DNA of 64,000 nucleotides from positions 62,001-126,000 of IMG/VR virus record IMGVR_UViG_3300044825_001403. One strand, given 5' to 3'. Source of the DNA: an uncultured virus (IMG/VR IMGVR_UViG_3300044825_001403). Lineage: Duplodnaviria; Heunggongvirae; Uroviricota; Caudoviricetes. This document shows, one piece after another, positions 57,467 to 64,000 of this stretch. Made by a program: the position numbers and the translations under genes. Position 1 is the first letter of the stretch. Every line of letters starts with the position of its first letter. The notes under the pieces were generated by a model. That model had not been told where the DNA came from and made no database searches. It worked only from the letters and a program-made list of their open reading frames with translations.

Positions 57467-57475
57467 CCCTATAAT
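57447..57475 (+). promoter_or_regulatory. sigma70-type promoter for tRNA-Pro
   Basis: TTGACT-N17-TATAAT. Confidence 0.8.
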
Positions 57476-57485
57476 GGGCTCATAA

Positions 57486-57557
57486 CGGGGTGTAAGTCAG
57501 CGGTAGACGGCTTGCTTTGGGAGCAAGAAGACACTGGTTCGATCCCAGTCACCCCGA
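57486..57557 (+). tRNA. tRNA-Pro(UGG)
   Basis: Acceptor cggggtg/caccccg, cttgc-ttTGGga-gcaag, T loop gttcgat. Confidence 0.94.
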
Positions 57558-57575
57558 TTGTCATTACGACATACC

Positions 57576-57770
57576 ATGATTGAAATTACACAAGATGAAT
57601 TTGAAAGCAACTTTGATGCCTACATGGATCGAGTTGAACAAAACCAAGAAATGTTTCTAATCAGACTACCTGATGGTAGAGGTGTTGTGATGGCACCTGT
57701 TGATGAAGAAACTAAAGAAGTTTTTGACAACGTTATTCAAAAAAATTATGTCCCTGAACTCACAGATTGA
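57576..57770 (+). CDS. Phd/YefM antitoxin-like small protein
   Basis: MIEITQDEFESNFDAYMDRVEQNQEMFLIRLPDGRGVVMAP fits the Phd/YefM beta-alpha-alpha-beta-beta pattern. Confidence 0.5.
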   Translation: MIEITQDEFESNFDAYMDRVEQNQEMFLIRLPDGRGVVMAPVDEETKEVFDNVIQKNYVPELTD

Positions 57771-58005
57771 AACTGCGAAAGATGCTGTAAGTAAAGCACT
57801 TATCACAGCACTTGAAAATAAAAATGAACTTGTTGTTAGCAAGTTAATGAATTGCTATACAAGTTTGAGTACGATTACTGTTGCCGATACGTTTGCATCG
57901 TCATCGAAATATAAAATTGATTTTGGCGGTGGAATTTATACAAACAATTATAACATTCCTTGTTCTATGAACGATGATGTAATTTCATTCACTGGTCTGG
58001 GTTAG
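57748..58005 (+). CDS. hypothetical protein
   Basis: 85 aa from ATG 57748 (MSLNSQIETAKDAVSKAL...DDVISF). Confidence 0.6.
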   Translation: MSLNSQIETAKDAVSKALITALENKNELVVSKLMNCYTSLSTITVADTFASSSKYKIDFGGGIYTNNYNIPCSMNDDVISFTGLG

Positions 58006-58046
58006 ACTTTAAACTTACCCTGGTGGAGCCAATTACCCTAAATGCT

Positions 58047-58247
58047 ATGTCAGAAGTTAACATGAGGTTTGTCGAAGAACTCGACACAGGTGACAAAGTA
58101 ATCACGTATTACAGCGTGAAAGAGATTGACAATCGATTCTACTACGTGTATAATGATGTCAATCACGGTCCTTACGAGGACTTTGACGATGCTGTGGAAG
58201 CAGCTTATGAAGATTTGATTCTTCAAACAGTCACGGATGGACTATAA
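58047..58247 (+). CDS. small acidic hypothetical protein
   Basis: 66 aa, HGPYEDFDDAVEAA; flanked by RNA-like motifs. Confidence 0.55.
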   Translation: MSEVNMRFVEELDTGDKVITYYSVKEIDNRFYYVYNDVNHGPYEDFDDAVEAAYEDLILQTVTDGL

Positions 58248-58400
58248 CAGCACTGGTCGGGACCCCCTCGATTGTCCTCGTCGGATTGGACATTAAATAT
58301 GCCGACTGGTGCGGATGGGGTTTTTAACTCCCGCCGAGTTTCCAATTTTCTCGTAATCAAAATTGGTGGCGAGCCTGCTCACGGGGATTGACCGTCCCCA
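58230..58400 (+). ncRNA. structured non-coding RNA, manA-RNA-motif-like
   Basis: Stems gtcgg/ccgac, gcgg/ccgc, ccaatttt/aaaattgg with cgag/ctcg pseudoknot, gggga/tcccc; next to tRNAs; family recalled, not searched. Confidence 0.6.
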
Positions 58401-58404
58401 CCCT

Positions 58405-58476
58405 GCGAGATTAATTCAGTGGTAGAATGTCAGCCTTCCAAGCTGAACGTCAGGGGTTCAAATCCCCTATCTCGCT
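58405..58476 (+). tRNA. tRNA-Gly(UCC)
   Basis: Acceptor gcgagat/atctcgc, U73, tcagc-ctTCCaa-gctga. Confidence 0.95.
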
Positions 58477-58522
58477 TGCCCACTATGGGCTAAATAAACC
58501 TTGTAGTTAATTATACAATACT

Positions 58523-59404
58523 ATGATGATTCGTTCGTTTATTGCCGCTGGTGTTGCTGCCGCTTCTATGGCTGCTCCTGCTATGGCACAAGTTACCAGT
58601 GTTAAGCAACTGAGTGATGTTCAACCTACCCAGTGGTCGTATCAAGCGATTACTAATCTTGTTGAGCGTTATGGTTGTGTTGCTGGTTATCCCAATGGCA
58701 CTTTCCAGCCTGGTCAACCTGCTACCCGTGCTGAGCTTGCTGCTCTCACGAATGCTTGCCTCGACCGTATCACTGAGTTCTACAGTGCTGCTGATGCCGC
58801 TCTGGCTGCTGCTCTCCGTGCTGAGTTCGCTAAAGAAATCGGTGCTACCAATGCCCGTGTGAGTGCTCTGGAACTCGCTGCTGCCCGTAAGGCACAAGGA
58901 GTTGGTAACTACCTTGGTGCTGGTGTACTTCTTAACAAGCAAGGTGTTGCTGGCAACGGTTACACCGAGAACCGTACTATCTCTGGTGCTACCATTCAAG
59001 GTCGTTATGCTGTGAAGACTTTCAGCAATCAGAATGCTGTTGCTGTTCGTCCTTATGCTAACCTTGTCGGTACTCCTGCTGGTCAGATCGGTGCTGGTGG
59101 TGGTGCTCTCCTCTCTTATGATTGGAGCATTTCCCGTGCTGCTTCTGGTGTGAGCCGTGCTAACATCTACACTGGTGTTGGTTATCAAATTCCTTTCGTG
59201 AACGATACTGCTGCTAACTATCAGTCTGCTGTTGGCGAGAAGGGTCAAGTTGTGCTTGCTCTGGGTATCGAAGGTCGTCTGACCAACTCTCTCGTTGGTT
59301 TTGCTGATCTGAAGTTCCCCACCACCAACGCTGCTAATAGCTATGGTGCTACCAATGGGACTTATTCTCCTGTGTTCACCACGGGTCTCGGCTTCAAGTT
59401 CTGA
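58523..59404 (+). CDS. SLH-domain outer-membrane beta-barrel protein (cyanobacterial porin-like N-terminus)
   Basis: Signal peptide (APAMA), QVTSV.QLSDVQPT.W.YQA...LVERYGCVAGYPNGTF...TR.E.AA..NACLDRI, short coiled coil, amphipathic strands, terminal GLGFKF. Confidence 0.85.
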   Translation: MMIRSFIAAGVAAASMAAPAMAQVTSVKQLSDVQPTQWSYQAITNLVERYGCVAGYPNGTFQPGQPATRAELAALTNACLDRITEFYSAADAALAAALRAEFAKEIGATNARVSALELAAARKAQGVGNYLGAGVLLNKQGVAGNGYTENRTISGATIQGRYAVKTFSNQNAVAVRPYANLVGTPAGQIGAGGGALLSYDWSISRAASGVSRANIYTGVGYQIPFVNDTAANYQSAVGEKGQVVLALGIEGRLTNSLVGFADLKFPTTNAANSYGATNGTYSPVFTTGLGFKF

Positions 59405-59422
59405 TTTGCTGACACTGGGGGG

Positions 59423-59451
59423 TTGACAAACCCCCCTTTCCCATATATACT
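59423..59451 (+). promoter_or_regulatory. sigma70-type promoter for the hli-petF-hli cluster, within a terminator-like hairpin
   Basis: TTGACA-N17-TATACT; ggggggtt-gaca-aacccccc hairpin. Confidence 0.8.
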
Positions 59452-59478
59452 AGTGTAACAATTCTTAATAAATCTACA

Positions 59479-59682
59479 ATGACTGTAACGACTAATGAAT
59501 TTGGCCAACAAAATATGTGGGCTAAGGAACCTGAGATGGTCTATCAAGAATACAATCGTAAGGGTCTTTTGACCCCTATGCAAACTACGGAGATGTACAA
59601 TGGACGCTGGGCTATGGTCGGTATTATTGCTGGGGCTATTTCTTATATTAGCACTGGCAAACTATTCTTCGGGATCTTCTGA
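59479..59682 (+). CDS. hli: high-light-inducible protein
   Basis: TTNEFGQQNMWAKEP...EMYNGRWAMVGIIAG...TGKLFFGIF (ExxNGRxAM motif). Confidence 0.92.
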   Translation: MTVTTNEFGQQNMWAKEPEMVYQEYNRKGLLTPMQTTEMYNGRWAMVGIIAGAISYISTGKLFFGIF

Positions 59683-59695
59683 CAATTGATTGACA

Positions 59696-59782
59696 ATGAC
59701 TGAAATTTTGTTTACAATTACAGGAGTCAGCTTTTTAGTTCTGCTGGCATATTCTGTAGAAAAACTTTGCGAAACTTACTAA
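59696..59782 (+). CDS. 28-aa single-TM peptide
   Basis: [28 protein letters not shown]; stop overlaps the petF ATG. Confidence 0.5.
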   Translation: MTEILFTITGVSFLVLLAYSVEKLCETY

Positions 59783-60075
59783 TGACTACCTATAACGTTA
59801 CACTCCAATCCCCTGACGGCACTGAACAATCTTTTGAATGTCCTGAAGATCAGTACATTCTTGATGCTGCTGAATTTGCAGATATCGATCTTCCTTTTTC
59901 TTGTAAGGCAGGTGCTTGCTCTGCCTGTGCTGGTAAAGTGATTTCTGGGGAGATTGACAATGAGGAACAATCTTTCCTGGATGATGACCAAATGGCAGAT
60001 GGATTTGCTCTCCTTTGTGTGGCATATCCTAAATCCAATTGTGTAATTCTCACTGAGCAGGAAGAAAACCTGTGA
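59782..60075 (+). CDS. petF: plant-type [2Fe-2S] ferredoxin
   Basis: YILDAAE...[16 protein letters not shown]...QSFLDDDQ...LLCVAYP. Confidence 0.96.
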   Translation: MTTYNVTLQSPDGTEQSFECPEDQYILDAAEFADIDLPFSCKAGACSACAGKVISGEIDNEEQSFLDDDQMADGFALLCVAYPKSNCVILTEQEENL

Positions 60076-60236
60076 GTGCTGGAATGCTAGGGCAATTAAG
60101 TCTTGCCCTTCAACAACTCGTAGAAGAAGGTGTCTGGTCTAACGATGACGAACTTAAAGTTTGTATCGCAGGCACTTTAAAAAAAGACAAATTTATTGTT
60201 ATTCAGAACACTACTAAAAGAGGAGAAACAAAATGA
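60072..60236 (+). CDS. small hypothetical protein (54 aa)
   Basis: GTG start overlapping the petF stop; [15 protein letters not shown]...KV.IAGTLK.DKFIVI; stop overlaps the next ATG. Confidence 0.55.
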   Translation: MSAGMLGQLSLALQQLVEEGVWSNDDELKVCIAGTLKKDKFIVIQNTTKRGETK

Positions 60237-60352
60237 AATTCGGATTTACCCCTGAGGCTGAGATTCTCAACGCACGTCTGGCAATGCTTGGGTTTGTAAT
60301 TGCTATTGGTACTTACTTCACTACTGGGCAAATTATTCCAAGTGTTTGGTGA
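60233..60352 (+). CDS. hli: high-light-inducible protein, short form (39 aa)
   Basis: [39 protein letters not shown] read by hand; GAGGAG RBS. Confidence 0.9.
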   Translation: MKFGFTPEAEILNARLAMLGFVIAIGTYFTTGQIIPSVW

Positions 60353-60372
60353 TTAAAAAATAAATAAAAGAT

Positions 60373-60395
60373 GAGGTCGAGAGACCTCTTTTTTT
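60373..60395 (+). terminator. intrinsic terminator
   Basis: gaggtc-GAGA-gacctc followed by T7. Confidence 0.85.
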
Positions 60396-60432
60396 ATGCA
60401 GATAAATAATATTTAAACGGGTTATTGTCTCA

Positions 60433-63400
60433 ATGTCTAGACTAAGAGCTGATAGAGTTGTCAACAAAAATGCAAATGGTCCTTTTGAAGCAAGTGAAGG
60501 TATTAAAATACCATTAAATAAATCAATTACTATTGGAACTGATAGTGGTAGCACTGGGGACTTTTTAAAAAAATTAGGTAATAGTTTAGAATGGGGTAGT
60601 ATTCCTCCCGCATCTCAAGCAGAACTTGGATTAGTTTATATTGGATCTGGATTAAATGTAGATGAAAACGGATTACTTACCACGCAATTTGATGGCACTC
60701 TTGGTGATTTGCAAGATGTTGATATAACTACAGATCCTCCAGTTATAGGGCAAGTTTTAAAATGGAATGGTACTAAATGGGTTCCTAATACAGATGCAGT
60801 TTTTTCTGGAGACTATCTAGACTTAATCAATTTACCCGAATTAACTTTAAATGCTATAACTGAAAATGGTAATGCCACGTTGAATGAAATTCTTATTGGT
60901 GGGTTGGGAGTTTATGATCCTACTAATACAGATAGAAATAGTTTTTATGAATGGAGCGGTGATACTTATAATCAATATATTGAGACATTAACTAATCTAG
61001 GTAAATATAATATTACCATTGATGGTAATACAATTCTTTATGTTCATACCAAATCTGGGGATAATAATCCAGGTGTTGGAATCAATAAAGTTCCTGCGTT
61101 TAAAGGTCTTGATGTAGCAGGTAATTTTGGATTGAATGGTAGTATTCATATTAATGAAAGTATTAGATATGTACAATCATTGGTTCCAGAATCTACTGCT
61201 ACCAATATCGATTTAGGATCAACTACTAGATTGTGGAGATCTGGATATTTTCAAACTAGTGTATTGATTGGTTCTGGCACAGATACTGGAACAGCCAATC
61301 AAAAACTTCAAGTTACTGGTGGTGCTTATGTTTCTGATAATGTAGGTATAGGATACACAGCACCAACAGATAAGTTGGCAGTTAATGGCAATGAATATGT
61401 TAATGGAAACATTACTTTAACTGGCGAACTTCGTGGTCCTTCTGTATTTGTAATTGATCCAGCGGTAGTTGGAAACAATACAGGAACAGTTCAAATTAAA
61501 GGTGATCTTCAAGTTGATGGAACGACCACCACAATTAATTCTACGATTACAAGTATTGCTGACCCTATCGTAGAACTAAGAAGAGGCAATTCTTTATTAG
61601 GTGCTGATGGTGGCATTCAAGTTAACTTAACGACCAATGGCACTGGCACTGTTACTTCATACCAGAGAGTACAATGGAACAATAGCAATACTCGCTGGGA
61701 AACAACTGACGGCACTACACCAAAACCAATTGTTAATACTGTAGATAACTTTACTGTTGGTGGTACATTTACTTTTAACAATAACGTCACTTTTGGTGAC
61801 GTAGTAACTGACACTATTACAGTAAACTCACAGTTTGTAAATGGAACTAAGCTTAGAACTGCACAAAATATAAGCAACACTCTTGCATTGGCAGCATATG
61901 ATGTTGATGGAACATCCTATACAGATTTAATTACATTAACTGCATCTAATACACCAACACTAACACTGGTTTCTACTGGAGTTGGTTCTATTAACAACAT
62001 GAACATCGGTGCTACTACAAGAGCTACTGGTGCGTTCACAACTCTAGATGCTAATAGCACAACAACGATCAATCCAGCAAACGCTAACGTATCTATTACT
62101 CCTTCTGGAACTGGAGTTTTAACAATTTCTTCTGGTGCAGTTGGTTCAATTAATAATGTAAATATCGGTGCCACCACTAGAGGCACTGGTGCTTTCACAA
62201 CTCTAGATGCTAACGGTACTGTTATTCTGGGAGATGCTTCTGCAGATACAGTTACTGTAAATGGAACTTCTACGTTTAATGCTGATGTTACCTTAAATAC
62301 TAATCTTACTATAGGAAATGCTGATACTGATACAGTCACTATTTCTTCTCAATTTGCTGCAAGTACCCAACTTAAAACTTCCAAGGGAACAAATGAAACA
62401 TTAAATATTGCAGCTTATGATGTAGATGGAACTGCGTATACTAATTTAATTACTTTAACTGCAGCGAATAATCCTTTACTAACAATTAGTTCTGTTGCTA
62501 CAGGTACAATTAATAACATGAGCATCGGTGCATCTACTAGAAGCACTGGTGCTTTTACTACATTGCAAGCAAATAGCACCACCACAATTAACCCAGCAAA
62601 CGCTAACGTATCTATTACTCCTTCAGGAACTGGGGTTTTAACTATTTCTTCTGGTGCTGTAGGTGCTATTGACAATGTAAATATCGGTGCCAGCACTAGA
62701 GGTACTGGTGCATTTACAACATTAAATGCTAATGGTGATGTTACTCTCGGTGATGCATCAACTGATAACGTAACAGTAAATGCAACTTCCACATTCAATT
62801 CTAGCGTTACTTTATCTGGTGTAACTTCTAATTTAATTGTTGGAGGTGAACTTCGTGGTCCTTCTGTATTTGTAATTGATCCTGCTGTTGTTGGTGATGA
62901 TACAGGTCTTGTCAGAATTAAAGGTAATCTTGAAGTTCTTGGTACAACCACAACTATTAACTCAACAGTAACTACAATTGCAGATCCTTTCCTTGAACTT
63001 CGTAGAGGTAATTCTTTAACCGCTGCGGATGGTGGTATTCAAGTTAATTTAACTACAGACGGTTCGGGAAATGTTACTTCATCTCAAACTATTCAATGGA
63101 ATAATTCTTCATTGAGATGGGAAACTACCGATGGTACTACTGCAAAACCAATCGTTAATACAGTAGATAGTTTTACATTTGCGAGTTCTATTTCTTTTGA
63201 TGCAAACGTAACATTAGGCAATGCTGTATCTGATACGATTACTGTAAACTCACAGTTTGTAAATGGAACTCAATTTAGATCTTCGCAATCAAATGGCAAC
63301 ACACTTGCAATTGCTGCATATGATTTAGATGGAACTACTTATACTAATTTAATTACATTAACTGCATCTAATACTCCAACATTAACATTAGTTTCTACTG

Positions 63401-64000
63401 GTGTTGGTAGTATTGATAACATGAATATTGGTGCTACTACTAGAGGCACTGGTGCTTTTACAACATTAAGTGCCAACAATACCGTTAGCTTGTCTCCTGT
63501 TAATAATAATGTAACTATTTCTCCTACAGGCACAGGAGTTTTGACGTTATCTTCTGGTGCTGTAGGAACTCTTGACAACGTAAACATTGGTACTACCACA
63601 AGAGGTACTGGTGCATTTACTACTCTTAGTGCTAATGGTAATGTAATTCTAGGTGATGCTTCTGCGGATACTGTAACTATTAATGGAACAACAACCATCA
63701 ATGCCCCACTAACATTTACAGGTGCTACATCACACTTAACATTAACTGGAGAATTACGTGGTCCAGCCACGTTTATTATTGACCCAGCAACTGTTGGTGA
63801 TGACACTGGAATAGTTCAAATTAAAGGAAATCTTGAAGTTCTTGGAACTACTACAACAATTAATTCTACAATCACTACTATTGCAGATCCAATTGTTGAA
63901 CTTAGAAGAGGAAACTCTTTAACCGCTGCTGATGGTGGCATTCAAGTTAACTTAACAACAACTGGTGGCGGAGTAGTATCAACATATCAAAGAATTCAGT
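60433..64000 (+). CDS. very large tail-fibre-like protein (partial, more than 1180 aa, runs off the window)
   Basis: Frame open from ATG 60433 (MSRLRADRVVN...) to the window end; upstream TAAATA; GQVLKWNGTKW and VGIG..AP..KL.V.G fibre motifs; absent from the ORF track because it has no stop. Confidence 0.85.
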   Translation, partial: MSRLRADRVVNKNANGPFEASEGIKIPLNKSITIGTDSGSTGDFLKKLGNSLEWGSIPPASQAELGLVYIGSGLNVDENGLLTTQFDGTLGDLQDVDITTDPPVIGQVLKWNGTKWVPNTDAVFSGDYLDLINLPELTLNAITENGNATLNEILIGGLGVYDPTNTDRNSFYEWSGDTYNQYIETLTNLGKYNITIDGNTILYVHTKSGDNNPGVGINKVPAFKGLDVAGNFGLNGSIHINESIRYVQSLVPESTATNIDLGSTTRLWRSGYFQTSVLIGSGTDTGTANQKLQVTGGAYVSDNVGIGYTAPTDKLAVNGNEYVNGNITLTGELRGPSVFVIDPAVVGNNTGTVQIKGDLQVDGTTTTINSTITSIADPIVELRRGNSLLGADGGIQVNLTTNGTGTVTSYQRVQWNNSNTRWETTDGTTPKPIVNTVDNFTVGGTFTFNNNVTFGDVVTDTITVNSQFVNGTKLRTAQNISNTLALAAYDVDGTSYTDLITLTASNTPTLTLVSTGVGSINNMNIGATTRATGAFTTLDANSTTTINPANANVSITPSGTGVLTISSGAVGSINNVNIGATTRGTGAFTTLDANGTVILGDASADTVTVNGTSTFNADVTLNTNLTIGNADTDTVTISSQFAASTQLKTSKGTNETLNIAAYDVDGTAYTNLITLTAANNPLLTISSVATGTINNMSIGASTRSTGAFTTLQANSTTTINPANANVSITPSGTGVLTISSGAVGAIDNVNIGASTRGTGAFTTLNANGDVTLGDASTDNVTVNATSTFNSSVTLSGVTSNLIVGGELRGPSVFVIDPAVVGDDTGLVRIKGNLEVLGTTTTINSTVTTIADPFLELRRGNSLTAADGGIQVNLTTDGSGNVTSSQTIQWNNSSLRWETTDGTTAKPIVNTVDSFTFASSISFDANVTLGNAVSDTITVNSQFVNGTQFRSSQSNGNTLAIAAYDLDGTTYTNLITLTASNTPTLTLVSTGVGSIDNMNIGATTRGTGAFTTLSANNTVSLSPVNNNVTISPTGTGVLTLSSGAVGTLDNVNIGTTTRGTGAFTTLSANGNVILGDASADTVTINGTTTINAPLTFTGATSHLTLTGELRGPATFIIDPATVGDDTGIVQIKGNLEVLGTTTTINSTITTIADPIVELRRGNSLTAADGGIQVNLTTTGGGVVSTYQRIQ
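61423..64000 (+). repeat. tandem modular repeats in the fibre gene, order A-B-B-A-B-A
   Basis: GELRGP codons at 61423, 62845, 63748; AYD(V/L)DG codons at 61894, 62413, 63316; spacings of 519 and 903 bp. Confidence 0.9.

Noticed and set aside
58511..59248. 245-aa minus-strand ORF opposite the porin-like gene, and similar ORFs opposite g18, g22 and the fibre gene
   Set aside because: Same antisense-shadow effect; low-complexity translations
61423..64000. CRISPR array or diversity-generating retroelement
   Set aside because: The repeats are in-frame coding modules with synonymous differences; no spacers, no adenine-specific variation and no reverse transcriptase in the window
1..64000. Alternative genetic code or stop-codon reassignment
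   Set aside because: Core genes are full length under the standard code and no suppressor tRNA was seen

Overview
This is a 64-kb segment of a T4-like cyanomyovirus (Kyanoviridae-type). The host is probably a Synechococcus/Cyanobium strain, inferred from hli, petF, an SLH-porin, cobS, mazG and hsp20. Almost all genes are on the + strand. In order: LamG/spike-like virion paralogs and a glycan-modifying pair (1-7.9 kb); neck, terminase, tail and head genes g13-g23 and g3 (8-24 kb); recombination and replication genes uvsY, uvsW, g55, g47, g46, vWA/cobS, g45, g44, g62, regA, hsp20, g43, uvsX, g41, mazG (24-44 kb); two tRNAs and late genes; g61, nrdA, nrdB; a lysis region; four more tRNAs with structured RNAs; host-derived genes; and the start of a very large repeat-built tail fibre that runs off the window. 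The strongest unexplained signals are: (1) three A_AAA_AAG slippery heptamers, each followed 4-7 nt later by a stem-loop, one of which is the only evident way to translate a complete GH24 lysozyme, as a fusion to a C39-like peptidase; (2) a tRNA-Arg interrupted in its anticodon loop by a 46-nt structured insert that is too short for a group I intron and has no visible bulge-helix-bulge; (3) a consensus leftward sigma70 promoter upstream of g55 with no gene to transcribe; (4) several structured non-coding RNAs. All family assignments come from motif recognition and synteny by eye; no database search was run.
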